In this document: positions 20,655-31,604 of the stretch, one piece after another
Layout of the letters: every line of letters begins with the position of its first letter
How positions within the stretch are numbered: the stretch's first letter is position 1
Virus record (IMG/VR): IMGVR_UViG_2711768010_000017
Length of the DNA stretch: 45,246 nucleotides
Source of the DNA: a virus
Lineage: Duplodnaviria; Heunggongvirae; Uroviricota; Caudoviricetes
Direction: 5' to 3' (one strand)
Position numbers and translations under genes: made by a program
The notes under the pieces: model-generated
The model's input: the letters and a program-made list of their open reading frames with translations, nothing else
What the model was told of the DNA's origin: nothing
Databases searched by the model: none

Positions 20655-21217
20655 AACCTCAGTTGTTGTTTCAGTGCATACCCCAGCTGTTTCGGCATTT
20701 CCGCAGCAATGATGCGGTCGCGGGCATCTTCAAATGCCTGTGTCAGCGGTCCGGACAGCGGGATTTTCACCACATCAATGGGGTAACGATTTTTGCCATC
20801 AATACGCCGCATCACATGCCAGCGACCATTCGCCAGTTGCTGAATAAACGCATCCCGGAAAAGATATTTACCCACCTTCAGCACACTGCCACGGTACTGC
20901 AGTTTTCCACCACGCCGGGCCAGTCTGACCCGGGCTGTCCCCAGCTTAATGGCGGGCAGATTGCCCCGGTTAACGCGGATCCTGGCCGTCATTTTTCCTG
21001 ACGGACTGGCTTTAAACACCCGGACACGCTGACGTACCAGTTTCAGGGGGATCCCTTTCACCTGGTTATCTCCCGCAACGGTATTCCCGGCAACCTGCCG
21101 GGTGGCAACCGAGACCGCTTTCTGTGCCACACGGTTTATCGCCCATGCGCTGGCCTGTGGCACCATACGGGTATCAAGGCTGTTCAGATTGCGGATGGCA
21201 TTCTCAAGCCCCTTCAT
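20639..21217 (-). CDS. Tail completion protein Z
   Basis: 192 aa, position and basic composition match lambda gpZ. Confidence 0.75.
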   Translation of the reverse strand: MKGLENAIRNLNSLDTRMVPQASAWAINRVAQKAVSVATRQVAGNTVAGDNQVKGIPLKLVRQRVRVFKASPSGKMTARIRVNRGNLPAIKLGTARVRLARRGGKLQYRGSVLKVGKYLFRDAFIQQLANGRWHVMRRIDGKNRYPIDVVKIPLSGPLTQAFEDARDRIIAAEMPKQLGYALKQQLRLWLTR

Positions 21218-21228
21218 CCCACACCTCT

Positions 21229-21504
21229 TTACTCAATAAAGATCATTGGCTTACCGTTAAAGCGTTCATGCCGTGTGACCGTCCATTGTTGTCCGTCATA
21301 AACAACGCGATCCCCGCGCCGTGGGCGGTATCCCGAAGAAAACACCACCAGAGAGACCGCAGGTCCGGACAGAGCATTCAGCTCTGCCAGTGTTTCTCCC
21401 GGGATCACAGTCATATCGACATCATTAATCGAGGCTGTCTTTCCCATCTTTCTGACCGTGATCGCATCCATACGCGCTGCCAGCCGGGAAAAGGGATCAG
21501 ACAT
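21229..21504 (-). CDS. Head-tail joining protein (FII-like)
   Basis: 91-aa ORF in FII position with C-terminal RRGDRVVYDGQQWTV resembling lambda gpFII. Confidence 0.65.
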   Translation of the reverse strand: MSDPFSRLAARMDAITVRKMGKTASINDVDMTVIPGETLAELNALSGPAVSLVVFSSGYRPRRGDRVVYDGQQWTVTRHERFNGKPMIFIE

Positions 21505-21820
21505 TGAGTTTTACCGGCACTTCTTCTGCACTGGTTCCGGCATCTGCCCAGACAACCCCGACCAGCGGATCAGAGCCGCTGTTAGTCAGCTGAACTTTTC
21601 CGGACTTCAGATAAACCTTCTTACCCGTTTTCATGTCATCCGTTTTCAGCTTAGGCAGCATAAACACACCTTCGGTCAGGCCGTCGCCTGTTTCACCCTG
21701 TGGAATATCGGTCAGTGCCACCGCAAAAACATCACCCACCTGCACCAGATCTCCGCTGCTGATGGCTGCACTGGCAACAATCGCCACCGTTTTTCCTTCT
21801 TCTACAAAATTCTTTGCCAT
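21497..21820 (-). CDS. Small head-associated protein (DUF2190-like, family from recollection)
   Basis: 108 aa from ATG at 21820 with GGAGA RBS; Gly/Val-rich; sits between capsid and FII. Confidence 0.45.
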   Translation of the reverse strand: MAKNFVEEGKTVAIVASAAISSGDLVQVGDVFAVALTDIPQGETGDGLTEGVFMLPKLKTDDMKTGKKVYLKSGKVQLTNSGSDPLVGVVWADAGTSAEEVPVKLNV

Positions 21821-21906
21821 AACTGTCTCCGCACAGCCCCGTTCAGGGGCTGATTTCAGGTACAAAAAAAGCCCTTACGGGCCATCAGAGTTGTTGTCTG
21901 CGACGT

Positions 21907-23865
21907 TTACGCCGTACATTTCACCAGACCGCGGTGATCAACTGGCGCGACACCGGCGTCAATACGCACTTTCGTTGTCACGCCATCCACACTGAAGCCC
22001 TCCATCTGATCAATATATGGCGTATCCACACCGTTGAGATAAGCCACTTCAATCGTATCGGAGCCTTTTGACGCAGCCAGGTAGAAGGTGGTCTGGCTGT
22101 TATCATCAAGACGAGGCTCTGCAATAACGGTCGCAAAATCTTTCACCGGGTTAATAATACCGGCGTTAATGTCGGCCCCCTTGACACTTGAGGAGCGAAT
22201 GACCTGGTTAGCAACAGACTCCATCGCCGTCGGTACCAGTACGAACGCAGGACGAATATTCAGATGACGCTCCCCCTCTTTCTGAACGCGCATCAACTGG
22301 CGGGCTTTATCCAGCGATGCCACGTCCATTGCAGCGCTATCCAGTACGTTTGCATGTTTCGCTTTATCGAACAGACTTACATTATCTGTGGAGATTTTCG
22401 GGTTAGACGTCAGAATGGCATAAACCAGATCGGCAATAGTGGATTTCGCCGCACGGCCCAGTTTCATCGGGACATCGGTCAGCATATTCAGATCATCATT
22501 GATAATGGCCTGACGGGTGATACTGAACAGCTCGCCATAGGTCGCCAGTGCAATAGTGGCCTGTTTATCTCCGGTGGTGACGTATTTATATTCCGCCCCT
22601 TCACGCACCTGACGCAGAGCACTGAAGCCCCCCATACCCACACGATGGGCAATTTTAAAATCAGACAACTGACCTTTCCGCGTCCACTGTTCATAGGTTT
22701 CAGGGGCATCTTCCCAGCCCTGCAGAATGGCTTTGTTCGCAACATCCAGCAGAATATTACCGAAGTCAGACGTACTGTGTGTGAACGCCGCACCGACCAT
22801 CTGCATCGGGTTATAACTGGAAACCCCAATACCCCGTTCAGTCAGTGACATACGGGCATATTCACGCAGGGTCATCCCGTTGTAGACATTATCACGTTCG
22901 GTTTTTTCAAATCCGGCACGCGCCATCAGCGCCTGGCGGATCCCGTCCCCCACAAAATTACCGTTTCCGGCATAAATATGAGCCGGGGTATTTTTATTGG
23001 ATGGCGTGGACTCGCGCCCCATCTCGTTCAACAGCTTTTCGCGGGCCTGCTCCAGCGAACATTCAGGATCGGCAAGACACTGAGCCTGCAGCGTCTGATA
23101 ACGCCCGCCAAACATGGCAAACAGATCATTAATACCGTTTACACGCGCTTTTTGCTCTGCCAGTACCTGCGCACGGATACTGTTTTCATCCACCACGGGT
23201 GCTGCTGCCTGCACTGGCGTCCGGGAGGCTGCAGGTTCATCATCCTGTACGCGTGGAGCACTGTTGCGTGGCGGAGTAATCATGTTTCGAATGGATTCCG
23301 GCATCTTTTTAAATTCCTCTGTACGTTTTGACTGAATACATGCCATTGCCTTAACGGCTGGCGTCACCTGATCAGCAAATCCCTGTGCCAGACATTCGGC
23401 ACCGGACATCCAGGTCTCATCCGCCAGCATGGCAGCAATTTCATCGGTGGTTTTCCCGGTTTTCTGTGCATAAGCGGGTAACAGAACCGCCTCAACCTTA
23501 TCGAGCAGGTCGGCATAGGTGCGCATGTCCTCCGCATCACCGCCCGTAAAGCCAAATGGTTTATGAATCATCATGAAGGTGTTTTCCGGCATAATGACCG
23601 GGTTTCCCACCATCGCAATGACCGACGCCATTGACGCCGCCACACCGTCGACATAAACGGTAATGGACGCACCATGTGTTTTCAGCGCATTAAAAATGGC
23701 GATGCCTTCAAAGACATCGCCACCCGGTGAATTAATATGGAGATTAATGTGGGTGATATCGCCCAGTGCATTCAGATCACTGATAAACTGCTTCGCTGTA
23801 ACACCCCAGAAACCAATCTCGTCATAAATATAAATATCCGCGTCACTCTGGTGACCAGCCTGCAT
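21907..23865 (-). CDS. Head maturation protease (ClpP-like) fused to major capsid protein (HK97-fold) in one reading frame
   Basis: N-terminal ClpP-like region (INSPGGDVFEGIAIFNAL, VAASMASVIAMVG), then scaffold-like linker and capsid-like C-terminal half without an intervening stop; ATG at 23865. Confidence 0.8.
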   Translation of the reverse strand: MQAGHQSDADIYIYDEIGFWGVTAKQFISDLNALGDITHINLHINSPGGDVFEGIAIFNALKTHGASITVYVDGVAASMASVIAMVGNPVIMPENTFMMIHKPFGFTGGDAEDMRTYADLLDKVEAVLLPAYAQKTGKTTDEIAAMLADETWMSGAECLAQGFADQVTPAVKAMACIQSKRTEEFKKMPESIRNMITPPRNSAPRVQDDEPAASRTPVQAAAPVVDENSIRAQVLAEQKARVNGINDLFAMFGGRYQTLQAQCLADPECSLEQAREKLLNEMGRESTPSNKNTPAHIYAGNGNFVGDGIRQALMARAGFEKTERDNVYNGMTLREYARMSLTERGIGVSSYNPMQMVGAAFTHSTSDFGNILLDVANKAILQGWEDAPETYEQWTRKGQLSDFKIAHRVGMGGFSALRQVREGAEYKYVTTGDKQATIALATYGELFSITRQAIINDDLNMLTDVPMKLGRAAKSTIADLVYAILTSNPKISTDNVSLFDKAKHANVLDSAAMDVASLDKARQLMRVQKEGERHLNIRPAFVLVPTAMESVANQVIRSSSVKGADINAGIINPVKDFATVIAEPRLDDNSQTTFYLAASKGSDTIEVAYLNGVDTPYIDQMEGFSVDGVTTKVRIDAGVAPVDHRGLVKCTA

Positions 23866-23878
23866 CCTGAACCAGGAA

Positions 23879-25387
23879 TTATTCTTCGGACTGGTCGTCG
23901 GTGTGCTGCGGCTCCTGTCGTTTCGTTGCGGCACTGCTGCCTCCTTTATCACTGGCCGGATCGGTATCAAATACCAGATCCAGCTTGCGGTTTTCATCAA
24001 TTTCGGCCTTGCGCCGACGTTTGACATCATCCGGATTACGACCACCTGCACGTACCCAGTCTGATTCTGTCGCCGCTCCACCACGAATCTGGATTTTCCA
24101 GGCCTCAGCCTCCTTAACAGGGTCAATCCACGGCATCACCGGTCCGGAATACACCGCGGTATACAGTGAAGAACGGTCAAGATCGCGGGGTAGCCTGATA
24201 ACACCGGATGCCACAGCCTGTTTCAGCCATGCACGATACATCGGGCGGGTGACGGCACCAATAAACCAGTCCTGCAGGATCAGGTAGCCATCAGTAGATT
24301 CAACCAGCTCCTGACGCTGGGCGCTGTAAGTGCCGTTATAGTTGCGCGCTGTACTGGAAAAACTCAGACGACTGCCCGCCGCCACGGCACGCAACTGACC
24401 ATTACGAAAAGTTTCAAGGTTAGGATTGGGGCGATCCGACTTCACCATTCCGATTTCTTCGCCGGGTTTCAGATCGTCGTAAATAATGCCTGGCTGAATG
24501 GTAAGCTCGCGTTCCTTATCCTTGCTGCCATTACCATCCGGTTCATAGCTCTGCCCGTCGCCTTTGCGGATGTACATCCCCAGAGCAGCGGCGATCCTTG
24601 CTGCAGTCAGCTCATAATCTTCATAATCTTTCAGGGCACTGAGGCGGATCAGCACACCGGACAACAAAGACGTCCCGCGCATCTGGTGCAGACGGCGAAC
24701 AAATTTAAGATGCAGCATTCGCTCTGCATCCACTTCTTTGGTTTCCATCTGCCGTCCGGATACGGGACGGCTTTTATACACCAGATATTTTTCGGGACGC
24801 CCCCAGTCATCAACAAACACGCCCTGATTCAGCCTGTTGCTCTCATCACTGGTCATGGGAATAAAGTCCGGCTCGAGCGCCTCCAGCCAGAAATGAACAC
24901 CGGCAGAAGGCGTCAGGCTGTTTATGCGCCCGGAAACCATCTGGGCAAACACCTCACCATCGCGCAGCCAGGTACGCAGCATCAGACGTTCCAGCATCGG
25001 ACGGGTAAACTGCCCGGTGACTTCCGGGCTGACAGACCATTCACTCCATCGGGTGCGAATCTCCGCAGCCAGGTCACGGGCAATGGCCCCATTGCGTAAT
25101 ACCGGATGTGGCTCGACAATAATCCCGTTTTTCCCCACCACCCGTTCTTCCAGCTTGTCAAATACACCAATAACCAGATCGTGGTTGTTATCAAGGTAAC
25201 GGGCCTGCTCACGTAACGACACGGCCCCGTACTGGCTTAACTGGTCGGCAGTTCGGTTTTCCCGCCGGCCTTTGTGTGTCCGCGTCGTTTTTACGGCCTC
25301 ATAAGCCTGGATCACCGCACGGGAACGCAGCCTTGCCGCTTTCCATCCTGGTGAAAAAACGCCAATCACATCATCAAGAATTGCCAT
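23879..25387 (-). CDS. Portal protein
   Basis: About 500 aa lambda-B-like portal; ATG at 25387 overlaps the stop of the upstream small gene (ATGA). Confidence 0.85.
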   Translation of the reverse strand: MAILDDVIGVFSPGWKAARLRSRAVIQAYEAVKTTRTHKGRRENRTADQLSQYGAVSLREQARYLDNNHDLVIGVFDKLEERVVGKNGIIVEPHPVLRNGAIARDLAAEIRTRWSEWSVSPEVTGQFTRPMLERLMLRTWLRDGEVFAQMVSGRINSLTPSAGVHFWLEALEPDFIPMTSDESNRLNQGVFVDDWGRPEKYLVYKSRPVSGRQMETKEVDAERMLHLKFVRRLHQMRGTSLLSGVLIRLSALKDYEDYELTAARIAAALGMYIRKGDGQSYEPDGNGSKDKERELTIQPGIIYDDLKPGEEIGMVKSDRPNPNLETFRNGQLRAVAAGSRLSFSSTARNYNGTYSAQRQELVESTDGYLILQDWFIGAVTRPMYRAWLKQAVASGVIRLPRDLDRSSLYTAVYSGPVMPWIDPVKEAEAWKIQIRGGAATESDWVRAGGRNPDDVKRRRKAEIDENRKLDLVFDTDPASDKGGSSAATKRQEPQHTDDQSEE

Positions 25388-25605
25388 CAGAACCTCGCCA
25401 GCCGGTACCCGGGATGCCCCCGTCGTCGTGTAATCAGAGCCGCAAGGCGGCGCTCCCACTCCTGCCGTCCCTGCCGGATCTCAGATAAGTTTTCCATGGT
25501 CATCTGCTGACCATTAAAGGTGACGGATTTTCCGTCCAGCACCGCCATTTCAGCTTCCGTATAACGCTGAATCATGGCTTCAATATCATTCTGGTTCATA
25601 ACCAT
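25387..25605 (-). CDS. Head-tail joining protein W-like
   Basis: 72 aa between terminase and portal ending ...TRRRGHPGYRLARF, resembling the lambda gpW C-terminus. Confidence 0.55.
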   Translation of the reverse strand: MVMNQNDIEAMIQRYTEAEMAVLDGKSVTFNGQQMTMENLSEIRQGRQEWERRLAALITRRRGHPGYRLARF

Positions 25606-27698
25606 CCTCCGGAAGTCAGCCAGGGGTTAACATCGTCAGTTACTGTTTTCTTCCGTTTTTGTTTTTTAACAGGCGTGGATACCGGTTCCGGTGAGGGTGA
25701 CGGTTCGGTACTGTCCGGGACACACTCCAGCCAGGTTTCCCGGCTCGCCCACTCCGGTGCATCCGGCCAGCGGATCTTTTCGTATCCATGCAGAATGACC
25801 AGAGCCTCGGCATACACCATCAGGTCAAAAGCTTCGTTGGCACCGCGACCCGGCTTACTCCATTTCCCGTCACTGCTCCGCTCTTCATACGTCAGTTCGT
25901 CGTAAAACCAGCTCCCCAGCCAGTCAGGGAAATGCACATAGCCGGGACCTGGCGAGTCACGCCATAACGCGTTATTCACCCGGTCTTTCAGTGCATCCGT
26001 CTGAAGAAGCCAGAGCGGCACATCACCTGCGGCCTGCGCCCGTCGGCCCGTTCGTCCGGTGTTATCAGGGAATGTACGGGTGATCAGTTTTGCGCGCCGG
26101 ATGCTGTCGCCCTTAAACAGGTAAATACGTTTACCAAGGCCATCACGACGGCAACGACGCCAGAATTTATAGGCATTATCAGTGACCCCGTCTTCACCGC
26201 CGGAGTCCACCGCCATTGCCATCAGTCGCATTTGTTGAGAAGGATCGGAGGCCAGCGGCCAGCTTTTATGAAAAACATCCGTCAGCAGGACATCCCAGTC
26301 TTCCGGATAGCTGGCCGGATCAATTCGCTGGCTCTCCCCGTCGCTGTCACCGCGCAATGACTGCGTGATGTTGTAACGATCAATAATCCAGCGTTCGCCA
26401 CGGCTGCCATAGCCCGTTACCTGAACCACAAAACGGCGATGACGTCCCGCCTGCACATCCACTGTCGCCACAAGGAAATTAACGCCATCCGGCACACTGC
26501 GGGAAGGAACTGGCTCTGCCCGCTGCTCAAGCAGTTCACTTTTTCGTTGCTCCATGCTGGCGCGGGGAAGATAAGGTAATCCCCAGTCGGTATTGATAAC
26601 CGTCTTGAGTGTTTCTTCACTTCCGGTTGTCTCGTATTCCTGTTCTGCAGTAAGCAGTTTGTAAACGAGTTGCGAGAGTGTCTGGTAAGCAGCTGCCGGA
26701 CCCTCCATCCAGAATGACGCAATACGTGAGCGTCGGGGATCACCATAACGACTGCCATCCGCATTGATGGATTCACCATCCCGCAACCAGACCCCACGTC
26801 CGTTCAGCTCACGTTTGTGTTCAGGCATAATCCGTCCTGAACAGGAAGGACACTGAATATAAGCCGCCTCACTTGCCAGCACGGGATCGGCAATATCACG
26901 GAAACCAGCAACCACATCGCCGCAGGGCTGAAAATACTCACCACAGTGTGGACAGGGCCAGTACCAGCGACGGCGATCGCCACGGTTATAGAGCGACAGT
27001 ATCCCCGTGGTTGGTGGAGCCTCATGCGGTGAAGTCCGTCGCCATTTCACATCCTTCACATCCCTGCCGGGGGAACTCTCCACAAGCGTCATACCACTGG
27101 ACATAAATGTTGTGGTACGTTTTGAGGCAAGAGAGAAAGCATCCCCCTCGCCATCAATATCTTCCGGAAAACGGTCATAATCCGTCAGCGCGACGCATTT
27201 ATAATCTGATGAGGACATGATATTGACTGACGGCCAGCCGATTTTCAGGTAGTTACCAGCAAGGAATGTTCTGTCATAAACGTTGTTGTCATTTTTGTTC
27301 GGACTCAGGCGACTGACCACTTCCGGGCTGACGCGAAACGTTCTGGCGAGTCGTTTTTTGGAGTGTTCGCGGGCTTTTTCCTCCGTCATCTGAATGATCA
27401 GCATATCAGCAGGATCGCAAATCACGTTGTAAATCACCCAGCCGTCAATCAGGCCGATAGTCTTGCCGGTTCGTGCCGGGCCAACAAATATCACTGCGTC
27501 GTATTCACGCGAGGCCAGGCAGTTCATCGGCTCAATAACATACGGTGCCACCAGCGGATCCCACGGGACTGAGTTCCCTGCCCCCATGGGCACCCGCATA
27601 TACTGAGCAACGGCATCAGCAACCCGCATTCGTCTCGGTGCGCGAAGGATATAACCTGAATCGGTTCGTGCTGCCTTTGCGGTTTCCTGATTCAGCAT
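25596..27698 (-). CDS. Terminase large subunit (lambda A-like)
   Basis: 700-aa ORF with ATPase-like motif VGPARTGKT and zinc-ribbon-like CPHC...CPSC; directly follows the small subunit. Confidence 0.9.
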   Translation of the reverse strand: MLNQETAKAARTDSGYILRAPRRMRVADAVAQYMRVPMGAGNSVPWDPLVAPYVIEPMNCLASREYDAVIFVGPARTGKTIGLIDGWVIYNVICDPADMLIIQMTEEKAREHSKKRLARTFRVSPEVVSRLSPNKNDNNVYDRTFLAGNYLKIGWPSVNIMSSSDYKCVALTDYDRFPEDIDGEGDAFSLASKRTTTFMSSGMTLVESSPGRDVKDVKWRRTSPHEAPPTTGILSLYNRGDRRRWYWPCPHCGEYFQPCGDVVAGFRDIADPVLASEAAYIQCPSCSGRIMPEHKRELNGRGVWLRDGESINADGSRYGDPRRSRIASFWMEGPAAAYQTLSQLVYKLLTAEQEYETTGSEETLKTVINTDWGLPYLPRASMEQRKSELLEQRAEPVPSRSVPDGVNFLVATVDVQAGRHRRFVVQVTGYGSRGERWIIDRYNITQSLRGDSDGESQRIDPASYPEDWDVLLTDVFHKSWPLASDPSQQMRLMAMAVDSGGEDGVTDNAYKFWRRCRRDGLGKRIYLFKGDSIRRAKLITRTFPDNTGRTGRRAQAAGDVPLWLLQTDALKDRVNNALWRDSPGPGYVHFPDWLGSWFYDELTYEERSSDGKWSKPGRGANEAFDLMVYAEALVILHGYEKIRWPDAPEWASRETWLECVPDSTEPSPSPEPVSTPVKKQKRKKTVTDDVNPWLTSGGWL

Positions 27699-28192
27699 TA
27701 CTCCTCCTGCTGTAATTCCTCCTCATCATCCGCACCTGCTTCAGTCACCCGCAGGGCTATCTGATCGCGCAGATCATCAATAATGGACTGAACACGGCTC
27801 ACAGCGGCAGGCTGCAGACCGCAGTCACGTTCCAGAATATCCGGTAATGTCTCCAGCACCTGCACGACCGCTTTTGCCCAGATGGCAAACTCCCGTCTGA
27901 CATCACTGGCCGGAATGAGTTGTGCCGTTTCCTGTTCGAACTTAAGACGCTCACGTTCAGACTGATACCAGGCTTTGCGCTCATGCGCGTCCATTTCGCC
28001 TTCTGCAACCGGCGGTGGCAATGCCAGAAATGCCGACACAATATCAACCACCCGATAAAGCTTGAGGTTGCTTTCATGCCCCCCTGCAACGGGTAGATTT
28101 TGCAGCCTTGCCGCAGCAGTCTGGCGATGTACACCTGACAGTGCCGCCAGTTGACTGATATTCAGCGTCAGATTTTTTAACTCTCGATCCAT
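27698..28192 (-). CDS. Terminase small subunit (Nu1-like)
   Basis: 164 aa, N-terminal HTH-like LNISQLAALSGVHRQTAAARL, acidic C-terminus; immediately upstream of TerL. Confidence 0.75.
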   Translation of the reverse strand: MDRELKNLTLNISQLAALSGVHRQTAAARLQNLPVAGGHESNLKLYRVVDIVSAFLALPPPVAEGEMDAHERKAWYQSERERLKFEQETAQLIPASDVRREFAIWAKAVVQVLETLPDILERDCGLQPAAVSRVQSIIDDLRDQIALRVTEAGADDEEELQQEE

Positions 28193-29007
28193 ACCCGCTC
28201 CAGAATGTTTTAAACATGCATCTCGCGAACAACTTTAGGCAAACGGTGTTAGTGATGAACAAAAAACAATCAAAATCGACACCATAAAAACAAAACCACT
28301 GTAATATCAATCTATTACAGTGGTGGTGATGACGAATGAAATTTCAAAAACTAGCCTTTTTCCGCGACGCTCCCGCCCCGTGGCAGGCCACTCCACCGGG
28401 AGGACCCGTCAGCCTGACAGACATGACGAACGTCTGATACAGCGCCTTGCATGAATGGCATCGGGATAATCCAGAAAGGAATAGCATCGTGCCCACAAGA
28501 ATCTGTGTGAGTATCCTGTTTCTTCCACCCCCGCACAGGACTGGCGAGCATGAGGGACAAACCCGCGAACCATAAACGCGGTAAAAACCCGGTGTGCATC
28601 GTTTTTGATTATTCCCGCACACTCTCGCAGAAGGAGTTCCCCGTCGGGCTACGGTCTCTGTTAATACGGGAATACGGCGACGATACAGCGCATGATGTGT
28701 CAGGCTTGAATACCTTTATCCGTTAAAAGGGATATCAGTTAAGTTATCCCGTGTAGGGTATAAGCCATTATCAAAGCCACTCTGTAGGGAGTGGCTTTTG
28801 TAATGGCAATAAAAAGCCCCGCGAATGCGAGGCTAAATCCAGGTATTTTTAATGACTGGCTCTTATTTCAACGCAGCCCCTTACCGCGCGCCAGATGCTC
28901 AACTTCAAGCATCAGCAATGAGATGTTTAATCTGGATTCACTCCAGAAGTGATCACCACCCTGTCTACAGAGCCAAATGTGAAGGATGATGAGTAAAATT
29001 ATCGCTA

Positions 29008-29490
29008 TCATCGAAGGCATTGCGTCCTGATATATTCCTGAAGCGTTCTCAGTGCTGTCTGGTCTCTGATGATTCCGTCCCGGATACCGAGAACGTTTCG
29101 TCCAGCAACTGGAGAGAGTTCGACGGTGGCATCATTGCCCATGCCGGAGGCGCTGGAGGTTTCGGCTGAGGATGGCACAGAGCATTTTCCTTTGACGAGC
29201 ACCCGACCACCATTATCAAGCTTGCGCCGAAGAGCATCATTTTCAGCTTTCGCATCAGCCAACTCCTTCGTGTATTTAGCATCGAGTACATCAGCAGCAC
29301 GCTGGCGTTGCTGCATGTCAGTAATGGTGGCGGTCGCCTGCTTCAGCTCACTGACTTTTTTATCACGCTGTTCTTTGTAGGCGATGGCGTTATCACGGTA
29401 ATGATTGACCGCCCACGACAGGCAGACGATGATGCAGATAACCAGAGCATAAATAATCGCGGCGACTCTGCTCACTGATCTATCCCCCAA
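29008..29490 (-). CDS. Spanin inner-membrane subunit (Rz-like)
   Basis: 160 aa with N-terminal TM helix and coiled-coil periplasmic domain; downstream of endolysin. Confidence 0.8.
   Translation of the reverse strand: MGDRSVSRVAAIIYALVICIIVCLSWAVNHYRDNAIAYKEQRDKKVSELKQATATITDMQQRQRAADVLDAKYTKELADAKAENDALRRKLDNGGRVLVKGKCSVPSSAETSSASGMGNDATVELSPVAGRNVLGIRDGIIRDQTALRTLQEYIRTQCLR
29049..29255 (-). CDS. Spanin outer-membrane lipoprotein (Rz1-like), embedded in Rz in another frame
   Basis: [21 protein letters not shown] lipobox signal followed by a Pro-rich segment [16 protein letters not shown]. Confidence 0.6.
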   Translation of the reverse strand: MRKLKMMLFGASLIMVVGCSSKENALCHPQPKPPAPPAWAMMPPSNSLQLLDETFSVSGTESSETRQH

Positions 29491-30005
29491 CAGGCTAATG
29501 CGCTTTCCTGGTCACGACGAATAACCTGTCCATAGCAGTTATTTGAACGTATGCGGCAATCGCGCCCACCATCTTTTATCCACCAGCGAATCGCCTCGCA
29601 TGCACCTTTACGATCACCAGCATTCAGCCGCTTATAAAACGTCGACGGAAAACACTTACCGGGGCCAATGTTATAGGGACAAAATGACGCGATACCCGCT
29701 TTTTGTGGCTCGGTCAGTGGTACTTTAATATTGCGCTCCACCCATGCCAGCGCCTTATCACGCTCAATGGCGTTGACCTGGTCGCATTTTTCCTTCGACA
29801 GTTTCATACCGGGAAAAACGGGTTTTCCATCCACCATCGTGGCACCCCGACAGATGGTCCAGATGCCGGACCCATCGCGGTATGCCGTTGTGTGGTTACC
29901 TTCTTTTTCATCCAGAAACTGGTCGAGAATATCAGGCGCGGGCGCACCGACGGCAATCAGTGCCAGAACGGCAGCCGACAGGCCGTATCTGATTTTTGCG
30001 TTCAT
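29472..30005 (-). CDS. Endolysin (phage lysozyme with N-terminal signal-anchor-like segment)
   Basis: 177 aa; hydrophobic N-terminus [16 protein letters not shown] then lysozyme-like [20 protein letters not shown]. Confidence 0.85.
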   Translation of the reverse strand: MNAKIRYGLSAAVLALIAVGAPAPDILDQFLDEKEGNHTTAYRDGSGIWTICRGATMVDGKPVFPGMKLSKEKCDQVNAIERDKALAWVERNIKVPLTEPQKAGIASFCPYNIGPGKCFPSTFYKRLNAGDRKGACEAIRWWIKDGGRDCRIRSNNCYGQVIRRDQESALACWGIDQ

Positions 30006-30060
30006 GGATATTTATCAGGATTTATCGGTTTCTGCCCACGGACAGGTTTATCTGTTCCGG

Positions 30061-30484
30061 TCAGTGACTTAAGGTTGTGATTCCGGAGGAGTCTTCAGAG
30101 AACCAGTAATTCTTCCTGGTAGCTTTCCTTTGTAGGTTATCCAAACATTCTGCGNNNNNNNNNNNNNNNNNNNNNNNNNNNNNNNNNNNNNNNNNNNNNN
30201 NNNNNNNNNNNNNNNNNNNNNNNNNNNNNNNNNNNNNNNNNNNNNNNNNNNNNNNNNNNNNNNNNNNNNNNNNNNNNNNNNNNNNNNNNNNNNNNNNNNN
30301 NNNNNNNNNNNNNNNNNNNNNNNNNNNNNNNNNNNNNNNNNNNNNNNNNNNNNNNNNNNNNNNNNNNNNNNNNNNNNNNNNNNNNNNNNNNNNNNNNNNN
30401 NNNNNNNNNNNNAAACCAGTACCCGGCACTACCTGCTGAGGTGCCATAGGCGACACCCGTTGTTAACTTATCCATGGATTTCAT
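30061..30484 (-). CDS. Holin, split by assembly gap (N run 30155-30412); dual-start MKSM motif
   Basis: [25 protein letters not shown]-terminus with GAGGTGG RBS; only the 24-codon N-terminal piece and a C-terminal piece are resolved. Confidence 0.5.
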
Positions 30485-30551
30485 AACCCCACCTCGCAGA
30501 TGCGGGTGCTGTGTAATGGAAATAAAAAGGCCACCTGACGTGGCCACCAGA

Positions 30552-31604
30552 TTATTTCCCCACCAGCTCGTTTATCTCTTTCACTGTCTGATTAAACCGC
30601 TCTGACTCAAGCTCAACACCTAAGGCCCGACGCCCCAGCGCCATTGCTGCTTTTATTGTGGAACCGGATCCCATAAAAAAATCAGCAACCAGATCACCTG
30701 GTCGACTACTGGCATTGATTATTTGCCTGAGCATATCCGCCGGTTTCTCACACGGATGTTTCCCCGGGTAGAACTGAACGGGTTTATGCATCCAGACATC
30801 GGTATAAGGCACGGAGACTGATACGGAGAAATAGCGCCGGAGAGATTTAAACTCATCCAGCAATTCAGAATATTTACGATTCAGTGAATCATAAGATGCC
30901 ACCAGCTGGTGGTGTGGTTGTTCCAGTTGTTGTTCCTGAAACTTCTCTGCCGCTATACGGGAAAACAGTGCCTGTAACTTCCGATAGTCAGCCTCATTCG
31001 GCAACTGCCACTGACTGGCACCAAACCAGTGGGAAACCATATTTTTCTTACCTGTGGCTTCGGCAATTTGTTTTGCCGTTATACCCAGTTCGGCACGAGC
31101 ATCCCTGAAATACGATATCAGCGGTGCCATTATGTGCTGTTTGAGTTCCCTTTCTTTTGCCGCATAGCCGTCACTTTTGCCGCGATATGGCCCCTGGTAA
31201 TGTTCAGCAAACAGAACGCGCTCTGTGGCAGGAAAATATGCGCGCAGACTTTCTTTATTACACCCATTCCAACGTCCGGACGGCTTCGCCCAGATGATAT
31301 GGTTAAGCACGTTGAAACGTTCACGCATCATGATCTCAATATCAGATGCCAGGCGATGCCCACAGAACAGGTAAAGGCTTCCGGCAGGTTTCAACACCCG
31401 CCAGAACTGGGCCAGACAGTGGTCCAGCCACTTAAGGTAATCTTCGTCCCCTTTCCACTGATTGTCCCAACCGTTGGGTTTCACCTTGAAGTAAGGCGGA
31501 TCGGTAACAATCAGGTCAATGGAATCATCAGGCAGGGACTGAATAAAATGCAGGCAATCAGCGTTGATTAAATCAACACTGTTTATTTTTACAGTATTTT
31601 TCAT
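30552..31604 (-). CDS. DNA methyltransferase (N6-adenine/N4-cytosine, beta-class motif order)
   Basis: DLIVTDPPY near the N-terminus and FFMGSGST (FxGxG) near the C-terminus. Confidence 0.85.

Noticed and set aside
28344-28622. 92-aa and 82-aa overlapping ORFs in the cos region
   Set aside because: No RBS, GC-rich hairpin-dense DNA, products Cys/Gly/Arg-rich; consistent with non-coding cos region.
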